From a virus, in IMG/VR virus record IMGVR_UViG_3300043775_002158, positions 41,375 to 105,374 of that record: 64,000 nucleotides of DNA. One strand, 5' to 3'. The notes beneath the pieces were generated by a model. That model saw only the letters and a list, made by a program, of their open reading frames with translations. It ran no database searches and was not told the origin of the DNA. Position numbers and translations under genes: made by a program. Below, piece by piece: positions 1-7,811 of the stretch (its first letter is position 1; each line of letters begins with the position of its first letter).

Positions 1-303
1 ACAACAGATTATGATAAAATAGATGAACCTAATTTGACCGTGAAAAATTGTAATAGTTTTCCATTCGCGTTAGGATGTAAAAATTCATTAATTGGAGACC
101 TTAATGAAAAGTTTTTTGGTAAACGTAGAAAAGATACATATACAAAACTTTTACAAAATTATTTAGACGACGATGCATACTTTAGTGTTGATAATGAAGA
201 AAAAATGATTACAAAAGAAATTTGGGATCAAATAATGAAATCTAAAATTGTAAAAGAAACGGTAAAAAAAGTTTTAAAAGAATACATTAATAAGAAAAAA
301 TAA
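1..303 (+). CDS. 3' part of a hypothetical protein (frame open from position 1)
   Basis: Frame 1 has no stop from 1 to TAA at 301-303; ends in IVKETVKKVLKE, a motif type seen on other putative virion proteins here. Confidence 0.7.
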   Translation, partial: TTDYDKIDEPNLTVKNCNSFPFALGCKNSLIGDLNEKFFGKRRKDTYTKLLQNYLDDDAYFSVDNEEKMITKEIWDQIMKSKIVKETVKKVLKEYINKKK

Positions 304-315
304 CATATTTATATT

Positions 316-414
316 CAGAGTTTGGCGGTTTGGTCGCCGTTAAATGATAACTCTGTAAACGAAAAGGAGGTATTCTAAATCTCGACAAAGGGTCTTCGGA
401 CCTTTTGTTGTTTT
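316..414 (+). ncRNA. candidate ~100-nt small RNA carrying an exposed Shine-Dalgarno sequence
   Basis: TATTTATA at 306-313; stem CAGAGTT/AACTCTG enclosing GGCGG/TCGCC; AAAGGAGGT at 363-371 with no following start codon; cUUCGg hairpin 387-406 plus U-rich tail. Confidence 0.45.
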
Positions 415-419
415 ATAGA

Positions 420-444
420 AAAACCCATCTAAATGATGGGTTTT
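420..444. terminator. bidirectional-type intrinsic terminator downstream of tmRNA
   Basis: AAAACCCATC-taaat-GATGGGTTTT inverted repeat. Confidence 0.65.
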
Positions 445-477
445 ATCTTAGGTCGAAAACTCAAAAAAGTCGAAGTG

Positions 478-873
478 TGGAGACGAAGGGAGTCGAACCC
501 TTGTCTTTCCTGTTCAACAATAAATGACTACACGTTTATTCAATTGGTTCTCAATTGACAAATAGAAGGTTAATTACAGGAAACCAACAATACTGTCCCT
601 AACCGGATTTTCATGAGCCGTCAAGTTTGCTCCAACACTCTTGGGTGGTGTTACACCGTAAGGACTTCTGTTCCAAGGTTATATGTCCGTCGACCCGTGC
701 GTAGAGGCTAATCTAATTAGGCTGCTACTTTAGAAGTTGCAAGTAAACCTGCAATTTCCATTGTGTTGTAAACGTTGTCGTTTAATTTTCTTCACCGTGG
801 ATTAAAGTCATAGATGAATTCTGACTACGTGCCATTTACCCCTGATACCTGAAATCAAATCCAAGGCGTCCCC
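478..873 (-). ncRNA. ssrA: tmRNA; tag (A)DNVYNTMEIAGLLATSKVAA* at 779..717
   Basis: 5' GGGGACG pairs with 3' CGTCTCC-A with a G3:U70 wobble; T-arm AAGGGTTCGACTCCCTT; internal short ORF ending Ala-Ala-stop; 396 nt. Confidence 0.93.
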
Positions 874-886
874 AGTAAATACAATA

Positions 887-894
887 CAAATATA
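887..894 (-). promoter_or_regulatory. Bacteroidota-type -7 promoter element (TATATTTG) for tmRNA
   Basis: Matches TAnnTTTG, 13 nt upstream of the tmRNA 5' end. Confidence 0.65.
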
Positions 895-897
895 GAC

Positions 898-928
898 AAA
901 AAAGGGTTAAAAAACTAATTTTAACCCT
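898..928 (-). terminator. intrinsic terminator after the 953..1162 gene
   Basis: AGGGTTAAAA/TTTTAACCCT hairpin followed by a U tract on the minus strand. Confidence 0.55.
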
Positions 929-952
929 AATAATCTATTGAAAAGAAAAAAA

Positions 953-1162
953 CTACTTTGCTTTAGTTTTTTTAACTTTCGGAGCTTTTGCTTCTTTAGG
1001 TGCTTTTGGTTTTTTAACCTTAGCTTTAACTTCCGCAACAACTTCTTTAACAACTTCAATTTCATGTTTTACCTCAACTTGAAGTTCTTCCATTGCTACA
1101 GTTTTTTCCGCTACAGAACCACTACCTAAAAGTTTTTTAATTAAATCAATAATTTTTTTCAT
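953..1162 (-). CDS. small protein with Lys/Ala/Pro-rich (histone H1-like) basic tail
   Basis: C-terminus KAKVKKPKAPKEAKAPKVKKTKAK; TATTTATA motif upstream (1177-1184). Confidence 0.7.
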   Translation of the reverse strand: MKKIIDLIKKLLGSGSVAEKTVAMEELQVEVKHEIEVVKEVVAEVKAKVKKPKAPKEAKAPKVKKTKAK

Positions 1163-1193
1163 AAAATAACATTTTATATAAATATATGGAAAA

Positions 1194-1886
1194 TTAAGAA
1201 ATTACTAAAGGGAGATTTTTATCAAATAACGCCTCAAAAAATAGTTTATTCTTTTCCCATTGTTTATTGGTCATACCTACCGATTTATGTGTGACCCCAA
1301 ATTTGGTAGTTAGACCAATCTTAACCCCTTCTAATTGATTTTCAACACAGAACGAAATATCATAAAAATGGAACCCTTCAAACTGTTCATTAAATTCTTT
1401 CTTTAGGAGACTTTTACGGACTATAAAGAATAAACCGTCCACAATTACAACATCCTTAAGAACATCGTTAAAAACACCCTTAGAATAGTGATTAACGTGT
1501 CTTTTACCCTCATGGATATGACCAACCACTCCAAACATATTTTCACGGTTTTGCCACCACATTCCACTTGTTAATTTATCTGTTCCAGCAATACCAATAA
1601 TTCCGTATTCAGGATGTTTCTCAAATAACTTAACAATCTTAGGTGTCATATTGGGTGTCTCCAAAATAAGATCATCGTGCATGAAAACAACGATATCATT
1701 AACACTTTCTTTTAACCCTTTGTTATAGACTTGGGTTAATGACATTTGACCGTCATTTTCATACATCAATATTTCTGTATTCGGATGAGAAAACATTCTT
1801 TTCACATGATCGTAATATGTGGGATCAATCTTTCTCGTGGATATTACAACACTTACCATTTCATTATTCTTCGACATATATTGCAT
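1194..1886 (-). CDS. glycosyltransferase, GT-A/GT2-like
   Basis: YNKGL, VVFMHDD, VDGLFF, FHFYDISFC motifs. Confidence 0.85.
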   Translation of the reverse strand: MQYMSKNNEMVSVVISTRKIDPTYYDHVKRMFSHPNTEILMYENDGQMSLTQVYNKGLKESVNDIVVFMHDDLILETPNMTPKIVKLFEKHPEYGIIGIAGTDKLTSGMWWQNRENMFGVVGHIHEGKRHVNHYSKGVFNDVLKDVVIVDGLFFIVRKSLLKKEFNEQFEGFHFYDISFCVENQLEGVKIGLTTKFGVTHKSVGMTNKQWEKNKLFFEALFDKNLPLVIS

Positions 1887-2613
1887 TTATTTTTCCGTTA
1901 ATTTCAACTAAGTCAATAACGATTGGTTTATTTGTTGGTTCATATCCTGTAGTACAAATTGCGGCATTTACAAATAAAGTTTTATTCCCATATTGAACAC
2001 CATAACCTTCGTGAATGTGACCAAACACATTTACCAATGGATTTATTTCACCAATTCTATTTATTAAACATTCACATCCAACGTGAGTATTTGGTTGTCT
2101 CCAATTATTAACTAAATCACCGTATCCATTTGGTGGGGTGTGTGTAATTAATACATCGGTATCCTCAGGAATCCTATTCCATTTTTCCTGTAATTCAGTT
2201 CCTAATCTTGGTAAGTTAAATGCCCAATCATAGAACCAAGGTTGCCAAGGACTACCATAAAATTTAATAGGTCTTGAGAACTCAGGTGTTTCAATAGTAA
2301 AAGAACTATCCTCCAAATAAGTTATATCTGATTGTGATAAATTTTCAGGAGACATTAGAGGACTTAACCAATCATACATATTTTTATAAGAAGGTTTATT
2401 GATCCTTTCAAAACAATAATCATGATTGCCGGATATGAATATTTTTTGATTCCATCCACCTAAGTTTTGAAACCATTTTATAAAATCTTTAACATCTTTT
2501 TCACCACCTTTATTTGATAAATCTCCAGCATGAATTAGTATATCACCCTTTGGTAAGGGATGTTCCATATCATGATGAAGGCTGTGGGTATCAGATATAC
2601 ATACTAATCTCAT
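1864..2613 (-). CDS. calcineurin-like metallophosphoesterase
   Basis: DTH, HAGD, GNHD, THTPP, GHIHE motifs; TATATTTG only 4 nt upstream of ATG. Confidence 0.92.
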   Translation of the reverse strand: MRLVCISDTHSLHHDMEHPLPKGDILIHAGDLSNKGGEKDVKDFIKWFQNLGGWNQKIFISGNHDYCFERINKPSYKNMYDWLSPLMSPENLSQSDITYLEDSSFTIETPEFSRPIKFYGSPWQPWFYDWAFNLPRLGTELQEKWNRIPEDTDVLITHTPPNGYGDLVNNWRQPNTHVGCECLINRIGEINPLVNVFGHIHEGYGVQYGNKTLFVNAAICTTGYEPTNKPIVIDLVEINGKINAIYVEE

Positions 2614-2647
2614 AAAACAAATATACTAATTATTTTCGAATATACAT

Positions 2648-2674
2648 AAAAAAAGTCAGAATTTCTTCTGACTT
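2648..2674 (-). terminator. intrinsic terminator ending the large ncRNA
   Basis: AAGTCAGAA-gaaa-TTCTGACTT then U tract on the minus strand. Confidence 0.75.
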
Positions 2675-2685
2675 AATTTTGTATA

Positions 2686-3553
2686 GGCCGTATGGTTTTA
2701 CATACATTCACCACCACTTTGTTTTTCTAAACAAAGAAAATAAAACTCTGAGAATACAAGTTTTAACAATCGACTTAGGAACATTATTTGTTTCTTTCCC
2801 TTTCCACAACCTTTTGAGTTGTACCGATCAATGACGGTCAATTAGATTAACCAATCCTAAAGTCATCAGATACTCTTTTATTACTTATTACTCAACAAAT
2901 CTGCCGACCTGTTTCAACCTTGCGGGTTTAGAGAACTTTCTTAAAAATCATATTGGGATTGAGTCCCTTTATGGCCGTGAACCCCTCACGACTAAGTAGT
3001 CACCTGTCTCCAATGACTGACGAACACTTTTTCTTTTTATGTATGATTTTTATACCAAAATAAAAATTTAGTTTTCCGAATTGAGAAAGTAGTGGTTCGT
3101 CACCTAGCCAAGTTATCTTTTGAACAACTCGATACTAAACTACTCTCTGAAGTGTCCCCACCTCCATATTTTTGGTTTCCTTCGAGATTAAACCCTTGGT
3201 AGGATTTATTCAAGGACACTAACAGCACCACCTGTTTTTTGTCATACCTTCCATCTTACGATGCTACGGTTTTAAGACCACCATTGTATTGAATTACGCA
3301 ATAATAAAGTCGGATAACTATACTTCTTACATTAATTCTATGGATTATTCTTATTGATGTTCCCATCTCAACCAAACAACTCGGATTGCTTGGTCATCCA
3401 ACCCTTTCGCTACGGAGTTACCCTCACTACTTCAGGTTAAATGATATTCCACTTGTCTACTCGAGATCTCTTTCGAAATCCGCAACTTACCCCAACCAAG
3501 GGTTTGTCACTTTATCCCACTTTCGTGGTTTATTTTATTGACTATAGACGGCC
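2686..3553 (-). ncRNA. large structured ncRNA (~870 nt), GOLLD-like candidate
   Basis: No credible ORF; ends pair (GGCCGT 3553-3548 with ACGGCC 2691-2686); GNRA-type hairpins at 3517-3528, 3252-3263, 2916-2928; own promoter and terminator; near a tRNA cluster. Confidence 0.7.
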
Positions 3554-3604
3554 AATATTTTTATTCAAAGAACATTATCTTTTGGGTTATTCACCCTTCT
3601 TTTA

Positions 3605-3635
3605 CAAAGATAAGAAATGTTTTCTAATATTCAAA
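3605..3635 (-). promoter_or_regulatory. Bacteroidota sigma-A promoter TTTG-N19-TATCTTTG
   Basis: Exact -33/-7 consensus and spacing upstream of the large ncRNA. Confidence 0.75.
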
Positions 3636-3652
3636 ATATTTTTCAAAGTTTT

Positions 3653-4168
3653 TTATATTAATTTATTTCTTTTCCCGTTATTTCTTTCTCCAAAAAATAC
3701 ACTTGTTTGAGTTAATTTTTTATGTTCAGTTCTTAAAAAATCTAAACAATAGTAATTAAGTCGTAAAAATTCATATGAATCTTTGTTCCAATCGCCATTA
3801 TCAAAAACAATAATTGATTCTTTTTTTTTATTTTTATGTATAAACTTAACAAACTCAAATCTTGGTAAAAAACGAGGGTCATTATCAACTAAAAAAACAT
3901 CGGAAATTTTTACCAAATGTAAGAAAACTTTATCATTTATAATATTCACATCCATTAAATTAAGATTAACGTTTGTAATATTATTTTCTTTTATTTTATC
4001 TAATATTTTATCATACCATATAATATCGTTTTCAAATGAATTAACAATATTAAAATGATTTGAAAAAAATAATGTAGAAAATCCTGAACCTATTTCCAAT
4101 ATTGTTTTATTGATAAAATCTTGTTCATTTGTCCATTTAATAAAACCCTCGGAAAGTGCTGGTAACAT
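3653..4168 (-). CDS. class I SAM-dependent methyltransferase-like protein
   Basis: ILEIGSGFST motif I, SFEND, VFLVD, IIVFDN. Confidence 0.75.
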   Translation of the reverse strand: MLPALSEGFIKWTNEQDFINKTILEIGSGFSTLFFSNHFNIVNSFENDIIWYDKILDKIKENNITNVNLNLMDVNIINDKVFLHLVKISDVFLVDNDPRFLPRFEFVKFIHKNKKKESIIVFDNGDWNKDSYEFLRLNYYCLDFLRTEHKKLTQTSVFFGERNNGKRNKLI

Positions 4169-4374
4169 TATTTTGAAACTTTTTTAGATTTTTTAATCTC
4201 ATATGACCCACCTTGATCATGACCAACCTCAACATTCTCTTTTGGTGATTCAGTCACAACACCTTTCCATTCTGTTTTAGTGGTATATTTCCAAGTATTA
4301 CCCGCCATTTGATTGGCTTGAATATCGGATACTCTAATGACGTTTCCTGTTTTAGTATTTTTTAAACACTTCAT
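4168..4374 (-). CDS. hypothetical protein
   Basis: 68-aa ORF coupled to the next gene (stop/start overlap). Confidence 0.7.
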   Translation of the reverse strand: MKCLKNTKTGNVIRVSDIQANQMAGNTWKYTTKTEWKGVVTESPKENVEVGHDQGGSYEIKKSKKVSK

Positions 4375-4541
4375 ATTTTCTATTTTTAATAATATAAGAA
4401 TTTTTTTTTAAAAAACAAAATAATCAATAGGAACAGTTCCTTCACTTCTGTCTTGTAACTCCGTACCACTCAGCACTATTGATATTTGATGGATGAAAAA
4501 CATCTATTCTTCTTGCGGACTTCCATCGGAGTCCCATATCT

Positions 4542-5744
4542 TTATTTAATCTCACTAATTGGTAATTCACCATTCTTCACAAAAAGATCTTTCATATGAT
4601 CAACCGAACATGTATTAAAACAATAAACCATTTTATCCTCATCTTTTTTAGCATTTTCCCATCTACTTGCAAAAACCACTTCCAAATAATCACTATCTAA
4701 AATTTCTTGTAAAGAATAATTGTTTAAATTGATTTTATCTCTACCATAGTTATTTATTTCATTTCTGATTTGTAAAGTTTCATTATTTTGGAAATCACTA
4801 TTGTGCATAGTACCAACAAAACAACACGGCATAACGTTTCCTTTACAATCAACATATATCTCCATACCAGCTTGATGACAGGATTTACAATTTACTGCCT
4901 TACCTTTAAATCTTTCAGGAAATTCCAAATTCTTTAAATTATTATTTATTACATCGTCCCATTTTTTATCAATTGATTCTTTAGTTGGTTTATCATTTGG
5001 TAACCAAATTTTATCTTCACTGATTTCAAATTTTTTAACTGATTTGTTTAATCTAAATTGTTCAGTTGCAGGTTCTATTCTATAAATAAAATTTCCTTCT
5101 TCATCGTAAACCATTAAATCTTGATAAACATCTGGTACGTGTGTTTCAAACCCAAAAGGTCTTTTTGGTGAAAAGGTAACACCAATTTCTTGTGCTAATT
5201 TTTCAGCCTCACCCAATTGATGTTCATTATGTTTGAAAATTAAAAAGTCCCATATTCCCATACCTCCTGATTTGACATATGATTTCATATTTTTCATCAC
5301 ACTATCCCATTTTACATTTCTTCTATAAATGTGATTAGTGTCTTCTAATCCGTCTACAGAAAAAACTACATATCTACTATTAGTACAAGGTATTGAAAGT
5401 AGTTTACCCATTTTCGCCCAAAACTTTACATCCCTAATTGATCCGTTAGTGTTTATTTGAATTTTAGCATTTGAATTTTTTACAACATATTCTAAAATTT
5501 CATAAGCGTCTTTTGCCATCATCGGATCTCCGTTTGTACCACAGAATATCCAACTTTTACTTTTTTGAACAAAGTCTAATGGGAACCAATTTTTAAAACT
5601 TTCTAAAGAAACACTACCTAAATCTAATTCAGGGTTTACCTTCAAAGAATGATTAATATATCTCGGACAAAGTGGACAAGCAGCATTACAACGATTAGAT
5701 AATTCAACATGAACTAAATAAGTATTTTCATAATTCCATGTCAT
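4542..5744 (-). CDS. radical SAM protein with SPASM/twitch-like C-terminus
   Basis: CNAACPLC (CxxxCxxC), GDP, TNG, FSVDG, C-terminal GNVMPCC and CFNTC. Confidence 0.92.
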   Translation of the reverse strand: MTWNYENTYLVHVELSNRCNAACPLCPRYINHSLKVNPELDLGSVSLESFKNWFPLDFVQKSKSWIFCGTNGDPMMAKDAYEILEYVVKNSNAKIQINTNGSIRDVKFWAKMGKLLSIPCTNSRYVVFSVDGLEDTNHIYRRNVKWDSVMKNMKSYVKSGGMGIWDFLIFKHNEHQLGEAEKLAQEIGVTFSPKRPFGFETHVPDVYQDLMVYDEEGNFIYRIEPATEQFRLNKSVKKFEISEDKIWLPNDKPTKESIDKKWDDVINNNLKNLEFPERFKGKAVNCKSCHQAGMEIYVDCKGNVMPCCFVGTMHNSDFQNNETLQIRNEINNYGRDKINLNNYSLQEILDSDYLEVVFASRWENAKKDEDKMVYCFNTCSVDHMKDLFVKNGELPISEIK

Positions 5745-5746
5745 AA

Positions 5747-6019
5747 TTAATATATTACATTTTTATCTTCTTCCGTTAATAAATTTGGACCGAGATCAAA
5801 ATTACTTTGTCTTCTTCTTGCCTCTTCAGCCTCTCTATACCAACGAATCCATGTTAACGATACGTCAATCGGTGCTAATACCCAAGCCATCATTATTACC
5901 ATAATAGTATCTAACTCAGGTGAACCTCCTGTTGGGTCGTTAGAATACCTTTTGTCCAAATTTTTAAACAACTGATATAAACAATAAATAACACAAATAA
6001 CATAATAACCTACAAACAT
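5747..6019 (-). CDS. small membrane protein (start reassigned to MFVGYY)
   Basis: Two hydrophobic segments; the longer ORF-track start lies inside tRNA-Glu. Confidence 0.65.
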   Translation of the reverse strand: MFVGYYVICVIYCLYQLFKNLDKRYSNDPTGGSPELDTIMVIMMAWVLAPIDVSLTWIRWYREAEEARRRQSNFDLGPNLLTEEDKNVIY

Positions 6020-6033
6020 AATTTTAAATTTAG

Positions 6034-6105
6034 TATTCCCGACGGGATTCGAACCCGTATTACCTCCGTGAAAGGGAGGTGACCTAACCATTAGTCGACA
6101 AGAAC
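6034..6105 (-). tRNA. tRNA-Glu(TTC)
   Basis: Anticodon arm CCTCC-CTTTCAC-GGAGG, T-loop TTCGAAT; acceptor stem has three G:U pairs; no encoded CCA. Confidence 0.85.
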
Positions 6106-6222
6106 AGATCCCGTTTTTTTTCTACATTTAGCCCAAACACCAGTAGATCAGTATTTTGGGTTTTGACGCGAGAAGTCTACAAGGTTTCCCCATTAGACCG
6201 TTACCACGGGCAAACTCTACAG

Positions 6223-6310
6223 CGGAGAGAGTAGGATTCGAACCCACGGGCCAGTTTCCCGGCCTCCTGATTTCAAGTCAGGTGCAATAGACCAACTCTA
6301 CCATCTCTCC
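6223..6310 (-). tRNA. tRNA-Ser(TGA)
   Basis: CCTGA-CTTGAAA-TCAGG, long variable arm, acceptor GGAGAGA/TCTCTCC, G discriminator. Confidence 0.93.
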
Positions 6311-6504
6311 GTTGACACCTTTATTTATCCAACTCACAGGTGTCTTAGCTGTCCCCTTTCGGGTTAGGAATAATCATTTCGTCCTCACGAGGTCGGGGTG
6401 ATGTCCCCTGACGTTCTTCCTATACGTCAATGTACGTTTCCATATGGTTGTCAAACCATTTCTCATCATATTGGACATACTATTCGGTGACTAACCGAAT
6501 CGTG

Positions 6505-6578
6505 CGGAATGTACGGGACTCGAACCCGTGGGCTTCTCCGTGACAGGGAGACATGATAACCAACTTCACTAACACTCC
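6505..6578 (-). tRNA. tRNA-Asp(GTC)
   Basis: TCTCC-CTGTCAC-GGAGA, T-loop TTCGAGT, G discriminator. Confidence 0.92.
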
Positions 6579-6584
6579 GTTTTG

Positions 6585-6660
6585 TGGGTGAGTTTGGATT
6601 CGAACCAAAGACCTAAAGTTTATGAGACTTTTGCTCTAAAACCAGCTGAGCTACACACCC
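6585..6660 (-). tRNA. tRNA with CAT anticodon (Ile2 or elongator Met)
   Basis: AAAGT-CTCATAA-ACTTT; G1:C72 paired and no GGG/CCC anticodon stem, so not an initiator. Confidence 0.88.
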
Positions 6661-6752
6661 TATTAGTCTTTTCCTTACCTCTTAATAACCACATTGCCAT
6701 CCCGGTGTTACTGCCGGGTGCTTACCACTTGCGTGGAGTGATTATCACGTTG

Positions 6753-6825
6753 CGCTCCCTGAGGGTCACGATCCCCCGACTTCAAAATTAACAGTTTTGC
6801 GCTCTACCAACTGAGCTAAGGAAGC
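6753..6825 (-). tRNA. tRNA-Asn(GTT) with atypical T-loop
   Basis: CAAAA-CTGTTAA-TTTTG; T-loop ATCGTGA. Confidence 0.85.
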
Positions 6826-7087
6826 GTGTTTGATTCCAACCCAACTTAAGTTGCACCATCCGTGTCATGCACTGGTTAACAAAGTCCTCGTTGAGTTAGT
6901 TTCAAAAAGTTACAGGTTTTTCGTACCATCTATGTACATCATAACAGACATAGTCTGTGGTTACTTTTCGCTTAATGGTTAATTACTCCAACTTATAGTA
7001 ACTCTACTCTCACCGTTCTACATCTAGATTCAAACGGATAGTTGAGATTCATAGACAGTGGGGTCACACCACCGTCGTCACCTGTTG

Positions 7088-7160
7088 AGCCCAAACTCAG
7101 ACTCGAACTGAGGACCTAATCATTACAAATGACTTGCTCTACCAACTGAGCTATCCGGGC
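7088..7160 (-). tRNA. tRNA-Thr(TGT)
   Basis: AGTCA-TTTGTAA-TGATT, D-arm GCTCAGTTGGTAGAGC, T-loop TTCGAGT. Confidence 0.92.
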
Positions 7161-7200
7161 TTATTTTCTACCATTTTATGTCAAAGAACCACTTATTTTA

Positions 7201-7231
7201 CAAAGGTAATAAATATATATGAATATACAAA
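7201..7231 (-). promoter_or_regulatory. Bacteroidota sigma-A promoter TTTG-N19-TACCTTTG driving the tRNA cluster
   Basis: Consensus and spacing match, 40 nt upstream of tRNA-Thr. Confidence 0.75.
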
Positions 7232-7295
7232 ATTATCTTAAAAATATTTTATAATCAATTATGAATCAATGTGATAAGAACTGATATTTATCAAT

Positions 7296-7811
7296 ATGAC
7301 AAAAATAAAAGGACTCTCTCTCCTTTTATGTACTTTGTTCTTGGCATTCTCTTCATTTGCTCAGGACACACAAAAAGTGTACATATCTGGCGTTGAGAAC
7401 AAAATTAAAATCGGACGTATGACGTCTAACCGAAACTTAGCTTTCGGAGTTAAAAACATTTTTGAAGAAATTTTACAGGATAAGGACTTCACAATCGTAG
7501 AGGTACGTAGTGAGGCTGACGTTTTATTAAACGTTGATTTATTATTTTTTGACGTTAATAAAACTAAAAGAAACGTTTCAGTATTCCATTCTAATGTTGA
7601 AGAAACATTGGTAATAATGAAAGGTACTATTACCGACAAATCAGGAAAAAAATTAAAAGAGGTGGTGGCCGAAGAATCAAGTTCAGAAATTTCTACATCA
7701 ACGTTAATCACTGACGAAGGAAGTGGACAAATAAACCAACAAGCATTGTCTTCCGCAATTAAGAAGACATGTGTTTTACTTGTAGATAAAATATTTTTAA
7801 ATAAGAAATGA
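7296..7811 (+). CDS. exported protein, compact CsgG/FlgO-like fold
   Basis: Signal peptide ending SFA|Q; LAFGVKNIFEEIL..FTIVE and C-terminal ALSSAIKK helix parallel to the 16754 protein. Confidence 0.5.
   Translation: MTKIKGLSLLLCTLFLAFSSFAQDTQKVYISGVENKIKIGRMTSNRNLAFGVKNIFEEILQDKDFTIVEVRSEADVLLNVDLLFFDVNKTKRNVSVFHSNVEETLVIMKGTITDKSGKKLKEVVAEESSSEISTSTLITDEGSGQINQQALSSAIKKTCVLLVDKIFLNKK

Noticed and set aside
3441-3710. 89-aa plus-strand ORF
   Set aside because: Antisense to the large ncRNA, its promoter and the methyltransferase end; no protein-like features
6020-6091. N-terminal extension of ORF 5747..6091
   Set aside because: It is the tRNA-Glu sequence read as codons
6223-6310. Possible suppressor or Sec tRNA
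   Set aside because: Anticodon TGA decodes UCA (Ser); it is not TCA
6680-6745. Twister-ribozyme-like reading on the plus strand
   Set aside because: Superficial TAA-CCAC...GTGG-AG similarity only; G:U pairs and the GNRA loop favour the minus strand, and the conserved twister loop is not matched
6582-6791. 69-aa plus-strand ORF
   Set aside because: Antisense to two tRNAs
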